A stretch of DNA of 62,126 nucleotides, counting the filler, from Sphacelaria rigidula (taxonomy: Eukaryota), in NCBI GenBank assembly GCA_964200075.2. It is 4 parts of 4 records of this genome, joined end to end, with 100 filler letters (N's around TTAATTAATTAA, not from the genome) between each part and the next. Parts side by side here need not be neighbours in the genome. Positions count along the whole stretch, not along the records: positions 31,118 to 46,572 come from CAXNAA020001738.1; positions 46,673 to 62,126 come from CAXNAA020001739.1; 2 more parts are not named here. The stretch is one strand, 5' to 3'. Below the pieces are notes generated by a model. The model saw only the letters and a list, made by a program, of their open reading frames with translations. It had not been told where the DNA came from and made no database searches. Every line of letters starts with the position of its first letter. Position 1 is the stretch's first letter. Positions 36,631-48,468 of the stretch are shown one piece after another. The translations under genes were made by a program, and so were the position numbers.

Positions 36631-39600
36631 CTCCTCCCCGGCGCCTCCGGGGGCCGGGGCTCTCCCCTCCTTGATGGCTTTCAGAATCTCGGCAGCTTTC
36701 CACTTGCAGTAGATGCGCCGACGGTCCATTTCCGCGTTTGGGGGGCCTTCCTTCGGCTCGAATTGTCGCAGAACGTCGAAATATACACCGGCTGATCCAT
36801 GAAAAGCAAATTACACGTCGATGCAGGTGAAAATAGATCGAAAAAAATGAAAACAGGTTCAAGACGAGAACAAAAATCAGACGCGAAGGGTAAGCAAAGC
36901 GAAGCAAAGCGAAGCAAAGCGAAGCAAAGCGAAGCAAAGCGAAGCAAAGCGAAGCAAAGCGAAGCAAAGCGAAGCAAAGCGAAGCAAAGCAAAGCAGAAC
37001 GAACCAGAGCATGGGAAAGAGGTGCGCATGCAGTTCTGGGGTGGCACAACTGGGAATTGGAGGTTGAGTGCATGGGTTTAAGGCAAGTTCAACTAGTTTT
37101 CACGTTGGGCAGGCGCAATTATTTCTTCCCGAGAGGGCTGCATTCGACCACAACCGTGACTGTATCCCGGCGTATTTTGTGTGCCCCACACGCGTAGCAC
37201 TTTCGTGAGCTGTACTAAGAAACGCAGTTGAATAAATCCTCAAAATAAAAGCAGACGAGATTCGATGTGCGAGTTTGATCCAGTGTCTACATGAGGGAAT
37301 ATACGGGGGAGGAATGAGCATGCAACAAGCGAGTTGTGTCAGACCGACAGCGGTCGCTCACGCTTGGTATCAGGATGGGGAAACCACGAAGGAGTTAATA
37401 TCACTTCGTGCCACGCAGTTTGCAAAAAGTCACGGAGATTGCATGCAGACATGGGGTAGGACATGCATCATGTGATTCCGGCACCACAGCCGTGCTCTCT
37501 CCCTCCCCACCAACTTCTTGGCCTCACAGAAGTACATTCACCACATACTCGTTGGCGGAAACTACCGTAAAAGAGGGATGGAAGCCTCTGTACGGAATTT
37601 CAGTGCACTCAAAGCCGCGGGTCTTCGTCCAATCGATCCGTTTCGTTGCAGAGGTTTCGGGTTCGATCCCCACGTGGATCGATTTTTTGTCCGTCTTTAG
37701 TATACGTCCTACATTTCCACAGTTATTTGGTGTACCGCACACCATTTAGTGAGCTTGGTGAAAGAATAAAGCTACAGTGCGTGGCTCTCTATTGGAGATG
37801 TTGTAAAGAATGTCTTGACTTCAGCATGACTCAACACATCTCGAGAACAATGAAGGTTGCACTCGCGTGATTGTGGAGCGAATGTGACGGGAGAGAGGGA
37901 ATGCGAGGGACCAAGCAGCCGCACGCAGTATTAAAAATACGTACTGCTTGCTGAAAAATACGAAGCGATGTCTAACACGGAGAACGCACGCCCTAGTCTC
38001 GACGGTAGGCTCTCTGCGTGGGTGGATGAAGCTCATGTCTGTAGTATTCGCAGCTCGTTCCATGGGAGATCGCGCGCAGCGTGCCAGCCACATTTTTCTT
38101 CGGAACTGTAGCTAGGTGCTCTTTTTTCTCAAAAAAATTGTCTGACAGCACAGTACAGCTCGAACTCTCTATACAGACAGCTCAAGAAAGTCAAGTATCG
38201 GACTAAAGTACAGTCGCACTACCCCGTACAGACAGTACAGAACAGTTCTAGCAGCAGCACGGGGTTTCTTGAGTGCGGGATGCTCGGGCGTCGCCTTCTC
38301 AGCTGTTCGAGCCCTGCCAAGCGCAAACCCAATGAAGCCATGGCAAGACGTTATCATGTTAATTTTCGGGGGATGGCGCGACTCATTTCCGCGGCTGCCC
38401 CTCACGTTCGGTCCTTCGTACCCCGCCACGGGTATCCAAGCAAACGGCATCGGCGAGCAGCCAGGCAAAAGGCATCAGTTTGTGCCAGGGCACGTCAAGA
38501 GAGCTTTGGCTGTAACTGGTTACGTGTTGGCGATGTTCTGCTCTCCCCGCTGGGCTCGTGATGGCGCTTGATTCTTCCTTCATTCTTTTGCTTGCAACGA
38601 ATTGTACGGCTCAGGCGATCTGGCTACATAAATTTACTCTCATCCCCTTTCCTGGTAAAAATAAGGCCCGAGAGCACGGGCGCCCTCCGTTTTTTTCGCG
38701 GCGGCTCGCTATGCGAGCCTCGATTTCGCTCCAGGTATCCGTGTACGGGGGTGCAAACCAGTGCACAGCAGTACCGCTGATGTGTGCATAGTTGAACGTC
38801 CTCGTGTACGTGTGTGTCTACAAGCCAGGCCTCCTGTGCGGTGCTGACTAAACCCTCGGGTAGTACAGCCTTGACGGGACAGTAGCCCAATGGAGTCGAG
38901 GCATTGTACTTGTACAGTCAGTAAAAGGTAGTAGCAGCCCTCCCTCCTGACTGCAGTGGTTGGTCATCTAGAGGGTTACTACCATGCTTCAAGTGAAAAT
39001 GATGCCCAGAACGGAATTAGTGGTAAAGGTACTGAGCTTCAAGGTTATAATATACTTTTTTCAAAAAGCTCAGGGTACTATAGGAGCTATTCGAAGAAAA
39101 GGGAAACGGGAGTGAATAAACAAGCACATTCGTAAGTTCAGGGAGAGGAGGTGAGCAAGGAGGTCAACCCTAGTGTAGGAACGAGGCTGCCGATAGGCGG
39201 TTGGAAATCCCTGCCGGTACGTAGTTTTTAGAGACAAACGTGAAGTGTATGTGTACAAAGAGCTCATTTCAGACTTTGATGTACATGTCCTGGACGTATT
39301 TGGAAAGGAGAGGCGGGCGCGGGGGAGGGGGGGGGGAACTCATGATCTTGCATACCGTAGTCATATGACCATTGACCTCGCATCCCTACGAAGCCGGGAC
39401 GGAGCATGCCGGATTCTCGCCGGAACAACCTCGCAATCCATCACCAAGCGCGAAGGACAGGTGGGTAGACGTAAGAATCTAGGAGGACTACGGGCAGTGA
39501 AATATAAGAAACCATAACTTTTCAGCGTACCCTTGAACCAAGGCGCGCTAGATACTTGTGCTCCAGATCATGTGGCCGCTGCTGAAATCAAAGGACGAAA

Positions 39601-41753
39601 GCATCGTCTGGAGGGGGCATCTTCGAGACGCCAGACAACTTCATTCACCAATACGGCGGGACCCCAAATTTTAGGCGGGTCAACATCTGCCTGCACCACC
39701 TTGTCCCATTATAAGGCGGTGGGTCACCTTGAAGTGTAACACTTCACAATCACCGCAGCAGATTAAAATATACGGTTCACGGAATACCCACAGGTTGGTC
39801 CACGTTTAATTGCGAACCGCTGATATGATCCCTCGCTCCTGCTTGCTGTAAGAGTACTATATTGTACTGTACCATACTGTACAAAATATGAAGGAGCCTG
39901 AGAGACTGCAGTTCGTGTGTTGGCGAGTGCGGGCCTAAGCGACCGGGTGGAGGTGCGGCCAGAAAAAAAAGGGGGAAATAACTCAGCATGCGACAACGTC
40001 ACATTCGAACAACACCTCAGCCGCCAGCTATCCGCGCCATGCCGTGTACGGCAGGAGAACTGCGCGAGATCCCGGATTGCACGCCAGGGCCTCCCAAAGA
40101 ACGGTCTCAAAATGCGCGTTAGTCAACACACATGTGATGAGAGGCAAGACCACATAATCCAAATTCATGATACCAAACAGTGAGCCGTCCACTCTTGGTC
40201 TCATGCATTACGGTATGCATGGACTAGTGGTCACTTGTTTTGTGCCGGATACCTCGGCTATGAGCATAGACGCCGTTTCAAGTTCAAATGCCGACACGAG
40301 CTTATCGTCACCCATTGCTATATGATGTTCTCGAGGCCAGGTAACCGCTTCATGGCCCCTTCACAACGCGGCAACAGGATGTGGCTCGATTGAGTCTCTC
40401 AAGGCGGCGGCGCCCTTCAGATATGCCTCCTACTGGAAGCCAGGTGTACTTACTCCCCTTGTGAGCACAACAAACTACAGGCGCGAAAATTGTGATATTT
40501 GTTCTATTAGACGCCAGCAGGACGATTTCCTCATCTTCACTTTCCAAGTAATGAATTGGCTTGCTCACTTTCAAGTATTTAAATGGCTTTGCGTCTGCTG
40601 TGCTGTAATACAGGATTGAAAAAGGAAAGAAATAAACTCACCAGCATAAAAAGCCCTCGCGGTGTTTTGGTCGGCCAACCCAGACCGATCTTCTTCGTCT
40701 GCCTTTGAGAACTCCTTCATCGCCCAATCCGTGCACATTATCTTCTCCAAGCCACAAAACGCAGCAACAAAGAATGTCGAAAATATTTTCGCGTTCGTTT
40801 CTTCTCGATATTTCGCAGGGCACAAGCAAAAAACACTGAATACAGCACGATAGTGTTGTGTGCACTAGGGCGCCGTCATGGCCAAAGCAGTGGAGTGCAA
40901 AAGTTTTTTTGCCGTACGCGGAGGGTATGCTCTCTGTCTGATATATTTGTCTGGTACTGTACAGTGCCTCATTACCTCGCCATTTTCGCAGCCTGCTCGA
41001 TTTTTTGCGCTTGCCATTATTAGGTTTTTTGGAAGGGGGGGGGGAGGGTTGTCATAGTTACTTGAACAACAAATTCAGAGAATGTTCCGAAAAATACTAC
41101 AACACTACGGGATCAAAGAGTGTGGCTTGAGCAGGTACAGGAAAAGGCCCCATCGACTCGACATTTTACGACGAAAATGCTCATGCTACCCGTTATAAAG
41201 CACCAACGTTGGGGGAGGGGGGGCGGCGTATGTGGATAGCCAGCCTCCTGCAGCGGCTCGGCATGCTGATCGGAAAAGTGCATTTAAAAAAAAACGATGT
41301 GGAGACGTTTACCTGTAGCATATGCACGCATGACGAGAACAACAACCATCGCTCGCTCCGGGGGCAGGTTAACATGAGACACATAAGACACAACATGGCT
41401 AAGCACGATACCATCACACGCAATCAACGCAGCACAACAAATACAACAGATAGCGACGTGTCGTGCGTGCTCTACGCGAGCCCGTACGCCCCCTCCTGGA
41501 GTTGATCAATTTTTAAATCAGATTATTGTCCCCCGCCCGCATCAAGCACTCACCCCCCTTTACCTACAATACCTACTCCCACCCCCTGCCAGGTGCACCC
41601 CCCTCCCGATAAATTTCTTCGTCCCTCCGCCCTTAGTCAACTGCACTAAATCTTTCTTCAGGTCGCACCTTGCCCTCTTCCTTCGTGAACTTATCCATTC
41701 CGCCATTTTTGTCTTCCTCCAGGCGAGCCATCATCGAGTTCAAAAACTGCTTG
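36631..41753 (-). CDS. VTA1: VTA1/LIP5 (ESCRT Vps4 cofactor), internal exons 41753-41669, 40741-40642, 36791-36631
   Basis: Phase-compatible GT-AG exons give KQFLNSMMARLEEDK...EEGK|IMCTDWAMKEFSKADEEDRSGLADQNTARAFYA|AGVYFDVLRQF...IYCKWKAAEILKAIKEGRAPAPGG, matching the Vta1 N-terminal MIT-region pattern (AD..DR.G.A...A..FY; Y.KWKA..I.KA.KEG..P.PG). First and last exons not found on the contig. Confidence 0.9.
36892..36995. repeat. (GAAGCAAAGC)n minisatellite, ~10 copies
   Basis: Near-perfect 10-bp tandem in a VTA1 intron. Confidence 0.95.
39337..39430 (-). mobile_element. Variant subfamily copy of the structured retro-motif
   Basis: ACTCATGATC...TAGTCATATGACCATTGACCTCGCATCCCTACGAAGCCGGGACGGAGCA next to a G-run; similar to 61977-62075. 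Confidence 0.65.
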
Positions 41754-42056
41754 CTGTCGAAAAACAGTTGCAGAATATACAGCGGATTCCAAGAGTGCAC
41801 AGCGTACGCAATTCGAGACTCTGAGAGAGGGTGAGCGGCTGGACAGAGGTGACGTAACTGGGCAATGCCGTAGCCCAAAACGGGCGCTTTACAGGCGAAA
41901 ACGGAGTCAACGGAGAGTGCTACATGGGAGGTAGGCCGGGATATCTCGCCCCCGTCACTATTACGAGCGGGTTCACGTGCTCAATTCTGCTGGGCTTGGT
42001 ACCCATACGCTGAAGCGCGCCATCTATCACCGAACCGAACAGAAACAACTTCCTTT

Positions 42057-42537
42057 GGCCGGATGTTATGGCACATAGAGTTCTGGCCCAAGGATTGCTC
42101 ACTTTTGGGACGTTTGAGCCACTTTTTGACCCCCGAACAGGGAAAATCGCCAACACACGTCTTGGACAATTTGCCTCACTCCATAGAGAGAAGCCGAGCC
42201 CACTTTTCAGATTCGCTCGGCTCTAAGGTGTCGAGAGCGGCCGCTGAACAATAATCCGTGTGGAATAAAATTTGCGCCGATCTCCACAGATTATTGGGCG
42301 AACTGGCGGGGGTTGGCAAGCACAGATTTTTGCACACGATTTTTTGTTCAGCGGCCAATCTCGAAACCTCGGAGCCAAGCGAATCTGAAAAGCAGACGAG
42401 GCTCCCCTCTATGGGGTGAAGCAGAGTGTCCGAGACGTGTGTTGGCGATTTTCCCTGTTTGGGGGTCAAGAGTGGGTCAAACGCCCAAAAAGTGAACAAT
42501 CCGTGGGCCAAAAATCTTTGTGACATAACATTCGGCC
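42057..42537. repeat. Long inverted repeat, ~205-bp arms
   Basis: CAGGGAAAATCGCCAACACACGTCT / AGACGTGTGTTGGCGATTTTCCCTG and flanking sequence pair along the arms. Confidence 0.9.
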
Positions 42538-42550
42538 TTAGGTCAGAAAG

Positions 42551-42727
42551 TTCCACACTCCGCACAATATGTGCTCAATAGATCCAGTAGACGAAAAATA
42601 CTGGCCCAAGTATAGGTCTAGTGCAACTACTGCCCGTCGAACCTATAGTAGTTGCAATAGCCCCATACTTTAGTCGGTACATTTTGTTTACTGCATCTAT
42701 TGACCATATAGTATCAAGGGTGTGGAA
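42551..42727. repeat. Inverted repeat, ~80-bp imperfect arms
   Basis: TTCCACAC...TCAATAGAT...TGCAACTACT / AGTAGTTGCA...ATCTATTGA...GTGTGGAA. Confidence 0.75.
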
Positions 42728-43290
42728 CGTTTCGGGCGAGGGTTTCCCCGAACAGCCCGCACGCTTGGTAAGAAGGAAGAACTAGTCACGGCTGGGTATG
42801 CTTTGCGGCCGACTGCTTTGCGTTTGCGGCTGGGGGTCGCAAACGCTCCAGCTCCCTCCAGCTCCGCGTAGGGTGGAGCTTGGCGTCAGCCAGGGGATCC
42901 TTTACAACGCTGACGGTTGCGCCTCTTCTGAGAAACTACGAGGGAGAGGAGGTCAAGCTCAAGTATCGGCGGAAACGATGTATAGCTTCTTCGATTATTA
43001 AACCCAACTTCATGGCTAGTTAATGTGGCAGATTCTTCCCGCAATCCTGTACGTGACATTTGATCGCGTTTCGCTTCATTCCTGACGGCAGCGGTGTCGG
43101 CACTCTGAACCAATACGACATTCGGGTACAGCTCGCCGAAGCGCCCACGACTAAAGTTCAGAAAACAAATATCCACACACACATCAAGCATAAGCACGTC
43201 CGACGTATACCTCCAATCCGAATGGTATGATGATATAAACATAGGGAGTGCACTTGTTTCTGTTCCTATTATCCAATCCTCGAGTATATA

Positions 43291-44806
43291 CGAGCTGGTT
43301 CACGCTCATCACCCAATTTTTTTTCATCAGCAAATGTCTTCCGCAATACCTACTCAATAGTCGCATACATGATATCATTCTGAGCACCATGAACAGCTGA
43401 AGAGTGTGACATAGCCGAATTCGTGTTTAGGGCCATACTAGTAGCGCTGAGAGCGAAAAGGTACTTCGATCAACCAGCGCCGTTCAAACTATTCCTGAAA
43501 ATGAAAACACCGATTCCAAGCCCAATTTTCACCGAATCTTCACATCCCTCAAATCCTAGTAACCCCCATCAGCTTGGGAACCTAACGGGGAAAAACAGGT
43601 TTGGAAACGGTTATAACGGGGTCGAGTTATATCCGAAACCGTGATTTTTCGGTGATGTGTAGTCTTGGTGTCCTCTAATTTCCACAAATGATACGCACGA
43701 AAGACCCAGGAAGCCTCGTGACGGTTTCTTCTCGAGCAGAAAAGCTCAGATCACCCTCAAACTTGGCGGTTTCGTGGGTATTGATGCTCCAAATGGGAAA
43801 ACATATGTCTTGACATGATTTCAAAGTCTCTCCGTTCTCTACCGGCTTCCGGGGGTCTCAGTAAAAGGATACCCGGAAGGCGGTACAGAATGCCTCAAAA
43901 TAGAAAAGAATAACATGATGTGTCCCAGAACAGTTGAAGGAACATATGTAAAACATTTGATCGAGAAACTCGAACACAATGTATAGATTTTTTTGTCTCG
44001 ACATAAAATCCACCAAAAAGACGTTTTCACACTAAAACCAGGTAGTTAGTAGTTGCATGTTTCAGCCTCACGTCCTCACACAAACGCGCAAACCTTCACG
44101 CAGTTGGGAGGAGTTAGACGCTGAACCTTCGCAGAATTGAGCTATGGGTCATGACGAAAGTTTGATGGAGGAGGATTTTAACTCTTCGACTGTTTACCGT
44201 TTTTCGGGGGTCCAACCGGATCCAAGTCCTTTTGGGGGGATCGTCTCCATTCTAGGACCCCGAGGAACCTGAACTGCGGTTTTTTTTTTTCACTTTTTCG
44301 CGAACGAGCGGTCGCCGCATAACTCAAGAAAGGGCCCCACGAAGTTTCGTGGCAAAAATCGAATAAATGATGCTTGAATTTCCCTGTTCACGCCACAGAA
44401 GGTCCAAAAAAGCCATTTTCTTACTGAAATCACGTAGTTTGCGGTTTCACCGTAGCACGGCGAAGTTCATCGCACACACGCGAAAAACCTCACACGTTTC
44501 AAGGAGTTAGAGCCTGAAATTTTGCACAACTGTGCTACGGGTCAGTACGCAACTTTGGATGAACGAGGTTCACTAGCTTTGATTTTTTACCGTTTTACGG
44601 AGTTGCGACTGGATCGGAGTTTCCCACAAAAATTGGGACCCCCGAAAAACGGTGGGAGAAGTCAACAAGTGACAGACAAAATTGACCTTCCGAAGTTGCG
44701 AAATGATCTATAGAACGTGTGTGCAAAGTTTCAGGGTCTGACTCCTTAGAAAGGCGAGAGGTCTTGCCGATGAGTGTTTTTCAGGTGATCGGCATGAACC
44801 AGCTCG
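43291..44806. mobile_element. Non-coding element with CGAGCTGGTTCA terminal inverted repeats, TA-flanked
   Basis: TA|CGAGCTGGTTCACGCTCATCACC ... GGTGATCGGCATGAACCAGCTCG|TA. Confidence 0.6.
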
Positions 44807-45429
44807 TATATTAAAGAAAGAAATGAGCTGGGATCTACCGTGGCCGGATTCTGGGTTTTAGAACATGACAACTGCTTCGGGCATGCGCCGCAGACTGGGC
44901 CTAGTTGCCAATCACTTCATGTGCTCGCCCCGCAGCACCAGCCGATGGGAGAACGCGAGGAGTCCACAAGGCCGCTGCAACAACGTGTGGAAGTACCTGA
45001 ACAAATGGAAACTTCTCAATGCATCCGGTGAGTGGCAGGGGCGTTGCCACCAGCGGCAGGTGTGTACTTCACAAGCAGCAGTCTGCAGCGGCATACCCCT
45101 CGCGTGCAGCCAGTGTATTCGAGTCGCTTTGCGTGGGTTGCGGCAAGGGTGGCGTCACGTCCTTTGTCACGCAGTTGGCCGATGCTGTGCAGATGTTCGG
45201 GCCGATCGACCTACGATGCGTCGAGAACAGCGCGTCTTGTCTTCCCGAGCCTGCCCAGGATTGTGTTGCATCATAGAGGGCCCTGTAACACGGCCAACCG
45301 AAACGCCTTGTTGCCTCATGCACTCTGCCACCGTGCTGTATTCATATGCTGTGATATTGACTGTACTGTTCGTTACACACTTCATTTCCCTGGCTTTTCA
45401 TACCATCGAAGGAGAGGAGTCGGAATCGT

Positions 45430-46010
45430 AGACATTGATTGTCGCTTCGTTCGCCTTGCCGGAACCGCTTAATTTCCCATTTCCGTCGCATTTCCAAGGT
45501 ACAGGTCCTAGTGCAACTAGGCCAGAAGTTTGGCCATGGCGTTTGCCGAACGTGAGTTTCCATGCGTTGCATGCAACCTATCGCCCTTGCATCCTCTCTC
45601 TTCTCCCATCGCAGACCCTGCAGGTCAGCACTGTATGCGGCTTCTGCGATGGCTACGGACTGCCGGACCACAATCAACAATCCTCCCGGGAAGGCTGCGC
45701 CCCTGATGCGCTCGACCTGTCCATACGCTCCTCGGAGGCACCCACGTCATGAGGCTGTCGCTCTTTCGCCGAAGAGTGCGAGAGCGGGATCGGATACCTC
45801 ACCGTGCACAAACATGAACATGCAGTGCATTTTTTGTTCTCAGAATACGTGCACATGGAAGTACGGCATGGCCGATCACGTCGCCAAATGCCACCACGGG
45901 GACACACCCGTTGAGGATGGCACGTAATATGCCAAGAAGTTGGGGCAGGCCACTACTGCCTCGGAGAGCGAGAAGGCCAAGCTGCTGAACAACTTCCAAG
46001 GCGGGAAGCT
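45430..46010 (+). pseudogene. Cys/His-rich zinc-finger-like remnant, probably transposon-encoded
   Basis: CGFC(fs)...C...STCPY...SPCTNMNMQCIFC...WKYGMADHVAKCH. One frameshift, an in-frame stop at 45925, and a candidate intron GTGAGT..CAG at ~45552-45623. Confidence 0.5.
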
Positions 46011-46340
46011 TGGCGTCCGTCAAAACGACCACGCTCTTCCCCCCGACGCACCTCGGGGCATGCCGGGGAACGGCTCCCCGGGACCCGGGTTGCCGGGCGC
46101 CCGGCCCTCGGGAGATGAGGAGGAGGCGGGAAAGGAAGAGGAGAGAAAGGAGGAGGAGGAGGGAAAGGAGGAGGAGAAAGGGGAGAAAGGGGAGGAGGAG
46201 AAGGAGGACGGGGAGGAGGAGAACGAGAACGAGAATGAAGACGAGGAAACATGGGGACGAGAGGAACGGGGAGGTAGAAGGAAGAGGGGGAAGAAAACGG
46301 CGACGGGCGGGTAGTAAGGGTCCTTCTTAACGAAGGGGAT

Positions 46341-46572
46341 AATCCCCTTTTTCAAAATCCCCTTTTTCAAAATCCCCTTTTTCAAAATCCCCTTTTTCAA
46401 AATCCCCTTTTTCAAAATCCCCTTTTTCAAAATCCCCTTTTTCAAAATCCCCTTTTTCAAAATCCCCTTTTTCAAAATCCCCTTTTTCAAAATCCCCTTT
46501 TTCAAAATCCCCTTTTTCAAAATCCCCTTTTTCAAAATCCCCTTTTTCAAAATCCCCTTTTTCAAAATCCCC
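46341..46572. repeat. Perfect 15-bp tandem (AATCCCCTTTTTCAA)n, ~15.5 copies, running to the contig end
   Basis: Seen directly. Confidence 0.98.
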
Positions 46573-46672
46573 NNNNNNNNNNNNNNNNNNNNNNNNNNNN
46601 NNNNNNNNNNNNNNNNTTAATTAATTAANNNNNNNNNNNNNNNNNNNNNNNNNNNNNNNNNNNNNNNNNNNN
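46573..46672. other. Artificial contig spacer
   Basis: N block with TTAATTAATTAA. Confidence 0.99.
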
Positions 46673-46866
46673 GGGTGGGCTCGGTAGAAAAAAAAAGGGC
46701 GCCCCGCCCGGAAAGGGGGGTGTTGCCCCGGGCCGTGGGGCGGAGGGAGACGCGCCCCCCCCCCCCCCCCCCCCCCCCTGCTACAAATTACCCGTTCACT
46801 ACACCTCCCGCCGTATTTCTCACCACTTTATGTTGGTCTGGGGGTCGGGTTGTATCATATTCGTAG

Positions 46867-48211
46867 GTCTACGACGATTTCCACCCGCCGGCAGATATTC
46901 TCGCCTCCGAGCACGAGTCATGAAGCTATTGGGGTTGAAGCTGGTGACGGAGGGGAAGCAAGATCCTAGCAAGGCGTGCATTTACGTGGGGGTCGGCCTG
47001 GGAGCGACGGAGCAGCTCTTGCTGTCTTCGGTGAGGAAAAAAATGATTAAGAAATCCACTTTTTATCGTTGAATTGCTGTCGAAACGCTTCTGGCGGCAT
47101 TTTGAGGAGTTGATTGGAACAACCAACGCAGGTTGTAGGTGAGTCGGTTGGTTGACCATTACGACTCGACTACTCTAGCTGCGTTACGAAACTGAACAGT
47201 ATCCGTCTTGAGCTTTGGAATGTTGAGCATTACGACATTTTTCGAACGAGTACCGTGAGGTCTTGGTGGTGTTGTGGAGCACATTATTGGCCCTACTGTA
47301 TTATGCCATCATCGTATCTTGACTTGCTGGGTAAGATTTGCGTTTTTGTACGTTCGTTGGATGGTCTCTGTAGTCTCTATATGTTGTCTTGTTTTGTGGG
47401 CGACTTCCATTCTCTCTTGCTTGAGACCGTGTCGATTTTTGCCACCATACTCAAAACGTCCTTATCGCACTAGTCCAGCACTCTTGACGGCAGTACATTC
47501 TTCTGACCACCCGACCGCACTGTTTCAGCATATCCCGTACCCCTTCACCCTCACCCTTTCCCCCCCCCTGCCCACCCCTCGGTGCTCCATCTCGAAAGAA
47601 ATGCGTGGTCAATGGTCAAAGAACTAAGGCAAGGAACGACTGAGTACGTCCCCCGCCCACCCCACCGCACCACTTTATACTCCCCATCTAATCAGGTGGC
47701 TCCAAGCGCGTTCGGCACTGAAGTGTGCATCACGGCCAGGACCCCATGGCCGTTTCCCCTCTCTCCCCTGCTCCGGGCCGTGCAGTCGCTCCTCGGTGGC
47801 AGCGAGTGCTTCGACCTTTCCCCCGCTACGGACCAGCAGGACAAGAGTCCACTCTCCCGGGGCAGCAACAGGGGCGCGTGCATGCATGCGAAGTCCCCGG
47901 CCGCGGTCGGCCTTGCTCCCGCCGTCGCTTTGGCGATGCGCCACGGCGCCCAGGTCGTGCCCTGCGTTGTCCTTGGCTCTGGTGAGGGCGGCAGCGGCGG
48001 CGGGCGATTCGATCTGGCTCTGGCCACGATCGGGGCAGCTCTGGGACTGGGGAGGCCCGCAGTGGCGGTGATATGCGCCAAACCTATCCGCGTTCCGTGT
48101 ACGGCAGAGCCCACCCAGGCGCTTGTGATGGAATTCGCGGAGGCGGCGCGCGCCACGGCGGCGAAGGCGCGGGAGGACTACGCCGTTCCGTTTTTCGGGT
48201 TCGAGTTATGA
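46867..48211 (+). CDS. Divergent DGAT2/MOGAT-like acyltransferase domain, last two exons 46867-47030 and 47696-48211 (5' partial)
   Basis: AG|...|GTGAGG and CTAATCAG| splice sites join in frame. LKLVTEGKQDPSKACIY, LAMRHGAQVVPCVVLGSGE and VAVICAKPIRVPCTAEPT resemble DGAT2 blocks. AATAAA lies directly after the stop. Confidence 0.7.
47581..47649 (+). mobile_element. Minimal copy of the structured retro-motif in an intron, with C-rich TSD
   Basis: GGTGCTCCATCTCGAAAGAAATGCGTGGTCAATGGTC...GAGTAC flanked by CCCCC(T)GCCCACCCC on both sides. Confidence 0.7.
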
Positions 48212-48404
48212 ATAAAGCATGATGCTGTCGTTTGCTTGTGAAATAAGATGGGGTCGCGCTTAGCTTATTCCAGCTTCACGTTTTCCCCTTCCCGAGGAAG
48301 CAAACGTTGCGTATTGTAACTCTTGAGTGTTGTCATGGTCCATTTTGTGGAAGGGTCAAGGTGTGGGGCGGACGCGAGGGAGGGCGGGGGAGGGGGGTGG
48401 GGGG

Positions 48405-48468
48405 CGTGCTCATTTGTTGCTTGCCTTCGTCGTTTGCCCATTGACCATGCATCCCTTTCGAGATGGAG
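48405..48468 (-). mobile_element. Minimal copy of the structured retro-motif
   Basis: GTGCTCATTTGTTGCTTGCCTTCGTCGTTTGCCCATTGACCATGCATCCCTTTCGAGATGGAG between similar GGCGGGG(G)AGGGG flanks. Confidence 0.7.

Noticed and set aside
36740..36745. Frameshift in the VTA1 exon at a G homopolymer
   Set aside because: A recount gives six G, and the reading frame is intact.
46020..46565. ORF with (KKGIL)n repeats, and the (FASLCFALLR)n ORFs at 36.4-37.2 kb
   Set aside because: Artefacts of translating tandem repeats.
46341..46572. Telomere
   Set aside because: The C-rich strand runs toward the contig's right end (wrong polarity) and the unit is unlike TTAGGG.
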